From the NCBI GenBank assembly GCA_965112155.1, contig OZ218109.1: 64,000 nt of DNA; one strand, given 5' to 3'. The stretch comes from Podarcis liolepis. Its lineage: Eukaryota. Position numbers and translations under genes: made by a program. This document shows positions 36,636 to 50,418 of the stretch, in pieces. The notes under the pieces are model-generated. The model saw only the letters and a list, made by a program, of their open reading frames with translations. It was not told the origin of the DNA and did not search any database. The number at the start of each line of letters is the position of its first letter. Positions within the stretch are counted from its first letter, which is position 1.

Positions 36636-38616
36636 AAGGAAGCTTCCTATATTCATATATCTAGCCCTATTCAAACATTCTTCCCTCAGGTGATTACAAT
36701 CAGCAGCCTGTAATCAGGAAGACTCTGTCCACACTTTTGGAAATAGTGTCCAAATCAGGGTCTTCCTGATCATGTAGCCAAGATATGTGCAACTTGAACA
36801 CATGTACAGAGACAGATTTAGGGAAGCACAACTGGTTCAGTTGCACTGGGTGCAGTGCTTCAGGGCCGCATCAGGGGGCACTGCAACTGCAATGCAGAAT
36901 GGAAAGCGAATGGTGAGGGCGCCAAATTTATCACATAGGGCACTGCTGGAATTTGAGGCCCCAAGGCCCGCAATAGACATCTGTTCAAAGAATTGTAATC
37001 TTTTTGTGTTCCTGACTATTGTAAGACTGATGCGGCTTCCATCTATGGCCTTGTTTCATTCACTTTTATTCACTGACCTAGCTACTTGTAGAACACATTT
37101 TGTGCTCTGTCAGTGTTTAGTGAGATTTGTGTCAAAGATAGCATGATACTTAACATATTATCTTTTATTGTTTTAAAGTGCTAATTTAAATACATTGTTC
37201 CTTGTCTACTGTTCCCGGCAGCGTAACTTGCTGTTCTATAGTATCTGTCATTGTTCTAATTAGCAAAGCCCTAAAGCCTTTTCTATACAATTGCTTCGTA
37301 ACACATCTTATGCTATAACAAGACACATTTGATGTGTTTCAGTGATAACATGTAAGATAGCATCATCTTGGTTGGGTTTTTTTTAAAGAAACTTACAAAG
37401 ATTCATATTGTTCTGTGGTTGAGAGTGATGAGCGAAATCATGCATTTTGAAGGGTCTGCCCTAGAGGCCTTGCACATAGAGATTAACTAAATGTTCCATT
37501 ATATTGTAGCTCGGGATGCAATCCCTAACACAGCACAAGATCTGTTTTATGGGAAGGTGGGAACCTTTCTTCAGCCCAAGAGACTCATCCCCTTGTGGGT
37601 AGCCTTCCAGGGGTCACATGCCACAACTGTGGGCGAGGCAACACCTGGCACTTTCTTTATGAATTGGCTACACTCTTATCATGCAAAAATCAGTCTTATG
37701 AGCATGTAGATACACGTACATATATGCACATGCACACACGACCATTCGGGCAAGCAAGAGGCACAATCACTGTTCAAGGACACCTTCCAGGCAAACTAAA
37801 GCACTTGAGAAAAGCATGGAACAGGCACATTTGGGAAAGAGCATGGCCTGGACAGAGTCTCGGGGGCCTGATGGAAAGGCTGCAAGGGCCACATTCAGGC
37901 CTCCAGGCTTCAGGTTCCCCATCCCTGTGTTAGAGAACCAACACCCTGACTTGAGGAAGCATTGTAGAAATGTTATATGTGTTTTATAAACAGTCACATA
38001 GCAGAGGTGTTTACGACATCCCCTTCAGTGCATGCAGTCAGTGTGGGGAGAGGGCAGTGGGCTCAGCATCCAATTCCTAGAGGGATAGAAACAAATAACG
38101 GCGCTTAGGGAAGGAAAGGGCAGCCTGTGTTTTATCTCAAAATTGGTTGCAAATAAGCGAGAGCCAAGAGTGAGCTTGTGTAGATGAGTTTGTATTTGTG
38201 TGCCTATCCAATGAACTCAAAGTGCTAGCTAAGTAGCTCCTAATGTAGACAAAGTGCAGCTGTTGAGCTGTAAATTGTTGAGAGTGCATCTCTGAAAGTT
38301 TGCCTAACAAGGAGAAAGGAAATCCCTTTCTTTAACTTGTTCATTTCTTAAGATCCTTTTTAAGTTCATTCCAGTCCTGACATTCTGAGCATTGTTTCAC
38401 ACCACAGATTTAAATCAATCCATCTAGACACAGAATTTTGAATCATGTTGATAGAATGTGTGTGTACACAGAGGCATGACTCTTTTGGGGGGGCTGGAGG
38501 TGGGCAGTATCCTATGCCAGTTTCTGGGAATCAGATGGCAAGAGTGCTGTGACTCTTGTGGCCTTCTGGAGGCTTCTCAGAAGCATCTGGTGGCATCTGG
38601 AGGTTGCCATGGTGGG

Positions 38617-39062
38617 TGTGGCGTTCGTACGGAGCCACCGGTCATTTCACAAACTATTGACCCGTACACCACCAATCTGCTGCCACCAACCAGCTTCTCC
38701 CCAGTAAAACACTTAGTCTCAGTCGGGTCCTCAAGTTAACAACGAAGATTGTAGTTTATTGCAAACACAAATAAACTTTAAATGCATTCGGAACACTGTT
38801 ACCCTTTACCCTCTCGGTCTTATTTTATCCTGTCTCTAACTCTTCTACCTCCCCTCACACAAGAACCACCTGTACTAACTGTCTCACTATTTCCATCTCT
38901 CTTCCAACTGCTTTCCTAACTGCTTTTCCCCCAACTGCTAAACCTCTGGCTAAGCCTTTTAAAAACATGTAGGCTCCGCCTCTGGGCTTTTCTATTGGTC
39001 TACCCATTAACCCTTTCTCTCCCCCTGTACAGACATTTCCAAAGGAACGGGCAAATGCCACA
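38617..39062 (-). mobile_element. Probable solo LTR
   Basis: Ends TGTGGC...GCCACA. The minus strand shows CCAAT, a GC box and TTTTTAAA, then AATAAA at ~38755-38760. Imperfect 4-bp TSD TGGG/TCGG. Confidence 0.65.
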
Positions 39063-40854
39063 TCGGGTGACCGAAGAGGCAGTGCACAGAGGTGGAGGCC
39101 TCGGTCCAGTCACCACTATGGGGCTGGAGCTGTTCCGTCATGGTAGTGTGACACCATGATGGCGTGACATGGTGCGCGCTAGCATTGGGTACCCATAGCA
39201 TGAAGCCCAGGTCGGTGCCCCTGTCTGGACACATTTCAGTAGCCAACATGTGCCCTCTCTGACCACTGTCATTGATGGCTACAACTGATGGGAGTTGTAG
39301 GCCACAACATTGAGGAGGTACCACATTGCCTATGCTCCACTAGGTACCAGCAGCCCTGTAAACTATATATTGCAACAACAACGAAGCCTTGGAGTATGTT
39401 GTTTCCAAGGCACCTCACATCCATAAGGCCTCACTGTTGACCTGTGTATACTGAGTTGAGTTTGCATTCCAAGTCAGAGAAAGACTTCTGTTTGCCACCT
39501 TCTCCTTGCTATTCCATCCCTAGTTTCTAAAAAGTGACAATTTTCCTGTAACCTACATCATCGCTAAGCATCACCTTGGCAACCTCCGTTGGCACACACC
39601 CAACAATTGCCCTGTGAACATCTTTTGTCCTGCTTAATGGCTTTTATTCCAGGTTTAGCCTGCACAGACCCCACCACCCTGGCATCGTCCCTTCTATACT
39701 GAAAAAAAAATAGATAAACCCTACCCTTTTATAAATTTCTAAGATTCACTGACTCTAGTAGTTATGGATACCCTTGAACCCTCAAACTCTGTTGAAAAAC
39801 CAGGAATAAAATCAATTGCGCCAAGCAATAGACAATATGTGGCTTCTTTTATTTTTTAAAAAATAAATACTAATTGTATTTTTCTTTAAAGTACCATTTT
39901 CAAAATACGTGCATTCACTGAAATCAAAATCAAATTATCTTCTAGGATTTTTGTGCCATATTATATCTCAGAGCATTTAGTGAAAGGAAACCTTCAAGTA
40001 AGGCTTCTTTCCTTAGCCAGTCCAACAGCAGTTCTGGGGATTGCATATCTGTGGGAAGATATTTCCTTCTTATAACAAGTGGTGTTTAAAATTGAGATCC
40101 CTTTCACCTACCAAAATGACTTTTCAAAACAGTTGACTTGCGGTCTCATCTAAAGCCTTGATACCAGGACAGGAAGAAATTCTGTTGATTAAAAAACACT
40201 TACAATGTCTTCCAGAAAACTATAGGGTAGTATTCTCCAAGTTATTAGTTTTGCCAGGAAAGATTCAGTGACATTGTTGGAAAACAGATAAAAGCCTGTG
40301 ATTTCAGGGTTGTTTTTTTAAGGTTTCTTTTCTAAACTGTCTTCTTTACTTTGCCATTCTGAAGTTATTAACCAGTTATCCTTGGGGACCAGGAGACGGA
40401 ATAATCCAATTTCCAAAAACGAGCTGTAATCACTAATGATTTCTTTTTTTAATATTCTTCCCAAAAGAGTCTGAGATCTTAGCAGAAAGAAAATGGGGGG
40501 GGGGTTTGCTGGGTCATCAGCCTCAAGGAGGAAGAACCTCAAACACGTTACATGACAAAGACAAACGAGGTGCGGAGGAGGATGCATCATTTGGTTCTAT
40601 TGAGCTGATACCTTCTAGGCAAAATGGCTTTTATCGCTAAAGGAAGGGTTTTGCACTCTCAGTTGCAGCCATTTGATGTATGTTGTACGGATTTCCGAAA
40701 TGTAAAATGGGATTCAGGTCTCCTTCTATGTCTTAAAGGCCAGGAAGCAAGTTGAAAAGACTTCTTGTTCAGATTATGATAGAGAGAGTGCTTATTCCGG
40801 GGAGGGTTGCTAAAGGACTTTACTCCAACAAGTAAGTCCTGAATGATTATCTTG

Positions 40855-40960
40855 TCTGCGATCCCCAGCAATTGGTATTCAAAGGCACAGAGCCTCTGAA
40901 GCTGCAGGTAATATATAGCCATCATGACTAGCAGCCACTGATAGCTTTATTCTCCATGAA
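40855..40960 (-). mobile_element. CR1 3' UTR relic
   Basis: ATAGCCATCATGACTAGCAGCCACTGATAGCTTTATTCTCCATGAA is the reverse of the 34790 copy. Related relics lie at ~42800-43075 (minus) and ~59850-59987 (plus). Confidence 0.6.
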
Positions 40961-41747
40961 AAACTAAGTTGACTTAGACTAATTGACAAGATTAACAAAA
41001 ATGCCTTTCCTATTTCCAGGAATTTATTTCCTCCCATCCAAAAGACAAAAAAAAAGTGCAACGGAAGAATACATTTCCCTGTCCTGAAGAAAAAAATAAA
41101 ACTAGCATTATACTGGCTGAGTGTATTATCTATGTTTTTCCATCTCAAGATGTTGTGCAGCTTCTTATTGCCACAATGCTAATTTAATTTAATTGGTAGT
41201 CGGGACGGACTGAAATGTTTTCTCCTACTGGAGAGACAACTTGTTTAGCAATATGTAAAAGCTGCACTGTCGGTGATGCGGCTCTGCCTAACCTCCTGCT
41301 CCAAATGTAGAGTAAGGATTTCAATAACCTAGTGCCACCTTTTGTTCACGGTATAGGGATCCTGTAAGTCCATGTGCCAGGTGTCATCAGCACATTAAGG
41401 TGCCCAAGCACAGGAATTGCTTTCTTCAAATAAGTCACTTAAATGTACTTCACATTTAGTAAGCTGTGCATTTGGAGAACTGCACCAGCAAATGGATTTA
41501 GGCAGGAATGACACAGCTGAACCACTATCTAGCAGTTCAGTGAAGTGTGGCTGCCCTCCAGGGGAGCATATGTCAACAATGCAGAGCAGCTCATGAACAG
41601 GGTGACATGAACTGCAATTACCCACACAATGGACATTACCATCAGGGACAATGACTTAATGTATGTGATTTCTGGAGTAAGCACTGGCTGAAGGAGTTTT
41701 CATTGAATGTTCATCCTTTCTCTTACATACTAATGATACTGGGGAGC

Positions 41748-41749
<2 letters not shown>

Positions 41750-41783
<34 letters not shown>
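41750..41783. repeat. (TC)n microsatellite
   Basis: Direct inspection. Confidence 0.95.
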
Positions 41784-41786
<3 letters not shown>

Positions 41787-42371
41787 AACACAGTGGGAAG
41801 TTGAGGTTTGGTCTGGTGACTGGCCTCTTTGGCCTCCTACTGAAACCAAAATTTCTGCAGATTACAGGCATGCTGAAATACAGTCTGCTTATAGCTCTAT
41901 AAATGGGCAACTTTCCCCCCAGCTGCTGTGATAACTATATTGCTGCGGTCCACAAGCATGTGTTTGTAAACTGGGCTCTTTTCAAGCTTCATTGGAAACT
42001 AGCATCCATTTTCTTTTTGTAGGCATTAGGGAGGCTCGCCTCCTACTCAAATGCATGTAAGAGCAGAAAGGGCAAGTCAGATGTCATGTATGTATGTTCA
42101 GTGCCATTTTTCTAGAGTAAGAGGTGCCAGAACCTACCACAAACACCTCCCTTGTTCTCTTAGAATGGCAATGGCACCCACCTGAGAGGGGCCAGAACCG
42201 AATTCCTGTGAGTTCACCCTGAAAAAAAAAGCATATGTATGTTTCAAGTCTGGTAAAATTAAAGGCGGGCATTTTAACTGGATTGTGGTGGTCATGCACA
42301 TCTCTGGTGCTGCCTCCACCTTTTCTGGGTGTGTAGCATGAAGTGAACATTAAGGACATGAGAGGACCTAC

Positions 42372-42800
42372 ATTGGCTCCCAGTACGTTTCCGAGCACAA
42401 TTCAAAGTGTTGGTGCTGACCTTTAAAGCCCTAAATGGCCTCAGCCCAGTATACCTGAAGGAGCGTCTCAACCCCCATCATTCAGCCATCATCCACTGAG
42501 GTCCAACTCCAAGGGCCTTCTGGCGGTTCCCTCACTGAGAGAAGTGAGGTTACAGGGAACCAGGCAGAGGGGCTTCTCGGTAATGGCGCCCACCCTGTGG
42601 AAGGCCCTCCCATTAGATGTCAAGGAAATAAACAACTATCTGACTTTTAGAAGACATCTGAAGGCAGCCCTGAAGGCAGGGAAGTTTTTAATGTTTGATG
42701 TTTTATTGTGTTTTTAATATTCTGTTGGGAGCCACCCAGAGTGACTGGGAAAACCCAACCAGATGGGCAGGGCATAAATAATAAGTTATTATTATTATTA
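42372..42800 (+). mobile_element. L2 LINE 3' end
   Basis: Translates to HWLPVRFRAQFKVLVLTFKALNGLSPVYLKERL, the canonical L2 ORF2 end, followed by UTR and an AT-repeat tail. Confidence 0.9.
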
Positions 42801-45228
42801 GATGAGACCAGAAGCCCATCTTATCCAGCATCCTGTTTTGTACAGTGGCCCATCACATTCAAGGAGGCCTACCAGCTGGGTGTCAGCAGTTCCTTTGGCT
42901 CATCTAGTCCAACATTCTGTTCTCACAGTGACCAACCAGAGACCTGTGAGAAGTCCACAAGCAAGACCTGACTGCAACACCACTCAATCTCCCCTCCAGC
43001 AGTTTTCAGTGGCTGTTATTCACAAACACACTGTCTCCAAGAGTGGAGGTATCAGGGTTAGTAGCCATCAAGAAATAGCACTCCAACTCCAAACCAAAAC
43101 ATTGTAATCTGACGTGAGCTTTACTCTACAGAGCAAGGAAAATTGAAATCAAACTTCCTGCACCTCCAGTTGAACCTTGAGCCCAAGCTGTTTGCAGCCT
43201 AATTATCCTAAAGGAATATTTCCTTTTAATTTTAAGCAGCTGCTCCTCTCCTATTTCGTCCCCAATGAAACATGAGGGTTTTATGCAAAACCTCCACTGA
43301 GCATGTGCAAGTGTGCGTTTTCTTTCTCCGCATATGAATTTCTTCTAATATCTGTAACTGGCCACAGTGGAATCCCTGCACATCTTTCTCCCGGACCTGT
43401 TTAATGAAATCTGCAGTTCCCCACTCAGATTCATTTTGGATACCCCCTATGTTTCTTCTTTAAATACCAGTGATCTAGACACTAAATGTGCAGAAGTGGT
43501 CTCCCATAACGTTAATGCATATCTCTATTCCTTTAGTTATCACATGGGTGGCCTCATGAGTGGCATAATATGTTGGAGCACTCTCTCTCTCCTGCTGTCC
43601 TGATGAAAGTATTCGGCTCACAATGAAAATTGAGGCAATAGGCAACATTACAGCATGCTTGGCTCAGCTTGTTGGCAGTGACGATGAAGCATTCATTGCC
43701 ACTATGGAACAGATGAAATCAAAAGCACAGGCTATTAAACTATACACTACCATTGGGGGCTGTAAGTCTTTTCTGCAAATGACACCTTTGTTATTTTCCT
43801 AAACGAGTTCATCAACGTATAGCATTCGAATGCACTAAATCACAGAGGCATTTAGGAATGGATAAACAGATGGACAAATAACAGATTTATTTTATTTTCT
43901 TCCCCTTCTCCTTTAAATATCTTCCTTCCTCCTACTCCACAAAAGGGACATGATCCAATTCAAGAGAATCATAGTATTTCTTGTTGGTGATACTTCTCAT
44001 CATATATATATTTCTGTTTAGTTTTGTTTTGTGTTTTGCATCGCCCCAATTTATCACTATTGTTTGACAATAGTATGTTCCAGCTAATCATTCTGTCGCT
44101 TGTCTTTCACTTTCACCCATCCATCTGCAGATTTTAAAAGTACACATTTCCTCTGGTATTCTTCCCTCTGATTTTTAAAATACTGTTTTTCTACAAATTT
44201 CCTGACAATGCTTAAAAAAAAGAACATCTGAATTTCTGTCACTCAGCATGATCTTTATTTTCTTGCTCTCCACTATTATTTGTTTCAAATGACTAACATT
44301 TAGGGTGAAATACTGAACTAATCACTATCCAAAAGCTGTAATAAACTCTCCAGTGGAAGTGAGTCCAGTTGTTGCCTGGTCAGCGGAAGGGTGCCTTTCT
44401 TACATCTGCTGCAGTTAGCCTTAAAACGGCAGCTTGCCATTTGCAGAACATCCTCTGTAGGTATTTTTTGCATTGCTCTTTGTTAATCAAGCCCAGTTCC
44501 ATTGCTGTAGCTTACCAAAGCTGCTGACCTGTTCTTTTCCCCCATAGTTAATTTTCCAGCATCAGTTACACCAATAAATCTTAACTAATGTACATTTAAT
44601 AGAATATATTGCATGAAAGATGGGGAAGGAAAGAAGGCACTTTAGGGGATTCTTGGTGTAATTAAAGGCCTTTTAAAGAATTAATTGAGGAGCTAATTTA
44701 GGGAGGAATGTTCAGATGAAAAGGGTCTTGAATCCGTAATTTTGGATGCAGCATTATGCCTGAATTATGGTGGTATTAGCAGTGAACAGGGCACAGCACT
44801 GACTTTGCTAATCTCCCACCTAGTGTTTATTCCTGTACTTAAATCACCCTAGTGATGAGAATCAATGCACAAGCACCAAATGTAAGCCAGTAGTGTGTTT
44901 TAGCCATTGTGTGATACTTCTGCAAGTGACCAGAAGCCATTACGCAATATCTCATGTGTATATAATGGAGAGATAGCCTTAGGCTGTTCATCAGACAGAG
45001 GAGCTGATCGTCATTCTATACTTGCCCCTTTTGGAAAAGCAAGCAACCAACAGCATGGCTAGACATGCAGGCATCTCCCATAGAGGGCTGAGACAGCAGA
45101 GAAGTACACAGCCTCCAAACAATCAAAGACAAAGCATCATGAAATAAATCAAGACAAAAAAGTGTTTTGCTGCAAGTGTGTGTTTCCATGCAGGAGCTAT
45201 ACAGTAGGAGATCACACAGCCTGTAAGA

Positions 45229-46024
45229 AAGCGTGTCCTCCCTAAAAAAGGGCATGTGTTGTGGTGAGACCTGGAGACTGACCTCCTGATTGTGGGTGGG
45301 TATATTGGACAGCCACAACACCCGACTGGTAGGTCCCTTGTTGCTGGGTTTAATCTGGCCAATGGGGAGCTGTTTAAATGGACTGAGGGACCTATATATA
45401 CCTATGCATGTGACCCAGAGCTTCCTCTTTTGGCTTGTGCATCGGAACACCCGCCCACCTCTCCCTATATTTAGGGCTTGTTGCGCTTGACCTTGCTATG
45501 CCGTCATGTGTCATCTGTCGTTGGGACAGGGGCACAGCAGGAATTTTCCCCACTTGGCTGATTGGTTGTTGCCATTTGGGTTTCGCCTGCTGCGTAGCAA
45601 ATCGTCACAACTTGTAAGGTTGTGGATAGGCACTGGTTCAGGTGATAGGGATGGGAGAACGGTCTCACCATCCCTATGTGAAGGGTATTCCGTTAAAGGA
45701 ATCCAGGGACTCAACTTGGTTTGGTCAACCCTTGAGAGGGGGTTGTGCCCGTGCCTGAGTCCAGGAGAGCATCTGGGGAGCGTACATAGTCCATTCCTGG
45801 GCTTTCCACCTACCTCAGGTGTTCACCCTTGGCTGACCTATGATAGAGCTCTGGGTCAGCACTACCTGCAAGGGTGCAGGGAGCTAGTCGAACCAGAGCC
45901 TATGCAACCACTCACTTTCTGTAATCAATAAAGTTGAGGCCTAAATTCTGCCAAAAACCAAAACTAAAATTTGAGTCAAATGTGTTTTTATTTAGGGGGG
46001 AAGTCTGTGGGTCTGAACACACAA
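45229..46024 (+). mobile_element. Element B: unclassified non-coding structured mobile element (A/B/C family)
   Basis: 5' hairpin GCGTGTCCT...AGGGCATGT, imperfect inverted repeats TTGTGGTGAGACC / GGTCTGAACACACAA and AATAAAGTTGAGGCC at 45927-45941. The block 45425-45640 aligns with 51098-51310. Confidence 0.8.
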
Positions 46025-47659
46025 ATAAATGCCTTTTGAAAGGGGAAATCATTGCAAGGGGAGTTGTGTTGCTGTCCCTGATTATGTCACAAACAATATC
46101 CAATCAGTGCTTTTGCCATTCAGTCTACCGGATTCCATTCAGCATTCACAAGAGCAACAAATGTGATGCAGTGGACTTACAGGGTACTTTATGCAATATG
46201 AACAAAGTACCGAGTTTTGGATATTCAAAAAATGTGATGCCCAACCCTCAACAAAAAGGCAGGATGTGTGGAGTGCATGCGACATACGTCATGCGGATGT
46301 GCAGGTTGGGAGGTTGTTGTGTCTGGGAGTGACCTCTGCACAGCTCCCTGGGTGGTCCAACCGGGCTCAGTGTTAGGAGGGGGCTGTGGAGTGACACAGC
46401 GATGTCCCAACTCTTGCACCACTTCCTACAGCACTACAAAGAGCCATGTTTGGGCATGCAGTCTGGGAGACACACAGCACAGTGGAGTAAATAATCCATT
46501 TCCCAAAGTTATTTGTCTTGACTCTTCTTTGGCATATTACTAGCTTCTGTATCAGGTGCTCTGGAACTTTGGGAGCTGAGACTTTCATAAGGGATAAGTC
46601 CTGTAAGTACAAACATGACAACATTGGGATGACAGCGAGTACCCTTGCAAACAGCATCATAATGATCAACCACAGAGACTTAAGTGTGAAGATCTCGGTT
46701 GCTATGAATAGATGTTCTTCTGCATTTCTCCACAAATTATGAAGAGTTGAAATGGCAACTTCTCAGCAGTACATTCACCCTGGAAGTAGAATATTTATAA
46801 GGCAGCTGTGCTCTCTAGCTAACCAAGAACATTATGTCTGGAAACATCTGGTTCAGAGCTACACTTGAGGGATGACCCGGGAAGATTTCATTGTAGACAA
46901 ACTTTTATATTTGCAATAAAATATATTTGAACAGCATAGCCCAAACACTGATAATCTATGATCTCACTCCACTGTTTTTGCCACCGATCAAGGGGTTTAG
47001 CTGGGTAGCTAATTATGAGTTTCTTGCAAAGTCTAATCCATCCTCAGAACAGATGCAATTCATGTGCATTGCTTATCTACTTTCCTGATTGCAACATTTA
47101 ATATTGCACAGCAACATGTAATAATTGGTAGCTGCCAGTGGATGCATACTCCATGATGTTCATTAGATTACAGCATGTATTGCAGGCAATGTGTTAGGAT
47201 GGTTGAACAATGGATGAAAACCACCATTTCCAGAAAGGTATGTTAAAGTAAAGTCTTCTGTAATCCATAGTGCATTGTAAAATTGCATGACAAAAACACA
47301 GATGAAAAGTGAAATAACAGAATTTGACATATCCTGGCAGAGCCACTGGTTCCTGATGACACACTCTTTCTTCCATTTAGATGCTGACAGTATCTCAACA
47401 GAAATCTATTTGACAATAATGCCCTACAGAAAACTTAACTATGTAAACACTATAAAAAAATGCAACTATCCAAAACCGTCTGAGATGTCTTAACCTGCAT
47501 TTATCTGGCTCACAGCAAAAAATAAATAAAAAATGGATAAACCACCCTCCGTCTATGGGCTTTGACTAAGATTTATCTGAAATCATTGGCAACCACAGTG
47601 AAAGCCCACATGATATTTTGTATCACTTTGGTTGACTTCATTATTCATACATACGGTAC

Positions 47660-47852
47660 ATACATACATACATACCCTGTCTATCTAGCTGGGTTTCCCC
47701 AGCCGCTCTGGATGGCTCCCAACAGAAAATTAAAAGCACAATAAAACATCAAACATTAAAAACTTCACTAAATACGGCTGCCTTCAGATGTCTTCTAAAA
47801 GTCAGAGAGTTGTTTATTTCTTTGACATCTGGTGGGAGAGTGTACCACAGGT
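47660..47852 (-). mobile_element. L2 LINE 3' end
   Basis: Same family as 18387-18602 and 33881-34230. Confidence 0.8.
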
Positions 47853-50282
47853 CAACAATATTGTGCTAACACACAATTTGTATGATTTTTGTATGGCTTG
47901 GGAAATACAAGTTTTTCTTTTTCCAAATATGGAGTACCAACCATTGTATGCTTCTCCTTTCAAGCTGCCCTGGGTGCAACCTGAAACCTGCAAAGCATCT
48001 AACAGGCCCTGTACAATCTCCTCTGCCATTTTATCAGAAAACTTCGATAAAATGCAAATTCCAACCATAGCTTCAGCATTAGCCAATCCCCACTCCCTGT
48101 TGTTTTTTTTAACCATCTATCCTAATGAAGAGTTCTGAATTCTTGCACTCTATTTTGTCAATATTGTGGTTGGCATAAAAAAAGTATTGCCCTAATGTGA
48201 ATTTTGGGGAGGGGTCCCCCCCTTAATGGGCTATCATGACTACCTTTGCTTGTTGCTTCTTTTTTTAGTTAAAGGTCAGTGTCTCCTTTCCTAGAGATTT
48301 AAAGTACCTGCTACACTTCACTGAATGTTACTGAATGGAGTAGGTAAAAATAGAAAAAAAGAATTTTAGCATGCATGATTTAAGAAAGGGACCATTTAGG
48401 TATCCTGTTACTTCCAAGATGTTTGGCAATTAGCAATTCAATTCAGGATTTTGCAAAATTATTTTTATCTTGATATGCTCAAGGAGTAGGACTGTATCAG
48501 AATGCATTCATTGCAACAGCTGGACATGTTATCAACACTCCCCCCTTGTTATTCTGAATGAAAAATTGGAAAGAGTGCTTCCATTTATATCCCATAAGTA
48601 ATGTTGCATATAGAAAGACACACACGCGCACACACCCCGCAATCTTTGCAACTCACCCACATCTAAGCTAAAAATACTCTGAAGTCATGCTGCTCTTTTA
48701 AATCATACTGCGAAACTGGATGACCTCCTATGGAGATTTCTCTTTAACACAAGTAATTATAGTCTTCCAGCTGCCCTTTGACTCTCAGTGGACCAAGGGC
48801 AGTCCTTCTTGGAAATGAGCTTAATTAATTCTCCGCAATTGGTATATATTCTTTCAGCCATGAGGTGGCAGCTTGTTTCCACAGGAATTTACTCCTGAGC
48901 TTTGAGTTGATCTGCTTCTATTGCCCAGGTTGCTCCTGTTTCAGAAGCCTGAGCCCACTGAGCCACACGGGCGAAATGTGGCAAGAGGCAGGAGCTGCAA
49001 CAAAATGTTGTAGTGGACAATATGTTCCTGTTTGGGGTTCCAGCCATTCCATTCCATTCCCCTCTCCACGTTTTTCCATTTCCCCCATCACAACAGCCAA
49101 TCAGCATTCCATGCGCACTGAGCTTGCTCAGTACCCATGAGAATGTTTGGAGAGATGGCTGTATCCCCATAGCCCAAGGATACATCCCCCTTGTATGTGG
49201 GTGATGCTCTTTTGGCTCTCCACATGGATCAGCCATAAGAGAACTGAGGGGGGAAAACAGCATATATGAGTTTGACAACATGTGAGCTTTCTTATTGGAA
49301 ACTTACACAAATGTCTAACAATATAAGAAGTGAAGTTTACAGAGGCATGGTCCGTATTGCTGAATATCCTGTATACAGGACGACCCGATACAGTTATATG
49401 GGGTGGGGGAATGGAAGCAGCTAATAACACTCTCACCAGCAGGAAATGAGAACCTTCATGGATGAGGAGCAAGCAGATGGCCCAGTTGAAGGAAGCCCTC
49501 AATGATGAAGCAGTTCATACACAATCACAGCAGCATAGTTTCAAGCATCACACAGGCTTTGCTTTGTGTAGGGAAACCTGTCAATGTCAATTTGTCGTTT
49601 CTCCATGGTTAACGTCTCCACATTTCAGCATCACTTCAATAATGTCTTTTCAAAGTCTGCAAGGAAATTTGTGAGCATTTTGGTACAAAAATGCGTAGCT
49701 TTGTATGCAACCTTGCCCAATATGCACATTTTTGCAAAGCCATTTTCCTGAATGTAAAGCATGTTGGTATGTTATCTTCCCTAACATATGCATTTGTAGA
49801 CACAGTTTATCTCACAATATGCATCTTTGTACGTATTACTTGGTACAGATTAATTGCCGAATCTAAAGAAGAGCACATTTCAAAGGATGTCTGTGTTTCG
49901 GTTCATGTATTGATTCAGGAAGTGCAAATTAACCTTTAATGTGAACTGCATCAAATTTTCCTCCCGTCCCTGGCTGTGTTGCTGGTGTTTTGCATTAAGG
50001 ATCAACAACATGGTTTAGGTCAACAGTAAGCTGGGAAGGAGAGACCCTGTTGCAGCAGACCAATAAAGATCAACAGCTTGCCTTGCTTTCTTGGTAGCCT
50101 CCATTTGTATCTCTAACAGATAGTGGACCTCAAGGGATCCTAAGGACTCAGCTACATTGGCAGCCAAAAAGCCCTTTATATGTGTTGTTTATGCATTCTA
50201 ACACTGTGGCACCAGATGGCACTGTGGAGTTCTGTTTTTTGCTAACCCGATTTCTCATACAAGGTTTGTGATGCATTTAACT

Positions 50283-50418
50283 CGGGCTTCCTCAAACTCG
50301 GCCCTCCAGATGTTTTGAGACTACAGTTCCCATCATCCCTGACCACTGGTCCTGCTAGCTAGGGATCATGGGAGTTGTAGGCCAAAAACATCTGGAGGGC
50401 AGAGTTTGAGGAAGCCTG
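50283..50418. mobile_element. hAT-type palindromic MITE
   Basis: TIR CGGGCTTCCTCAAACTC/GAGTTTGAGGAAGCCTG with an ACTACAGTTCCCATCATCC core; the TSD is degenerate. Confidence 0.85.
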
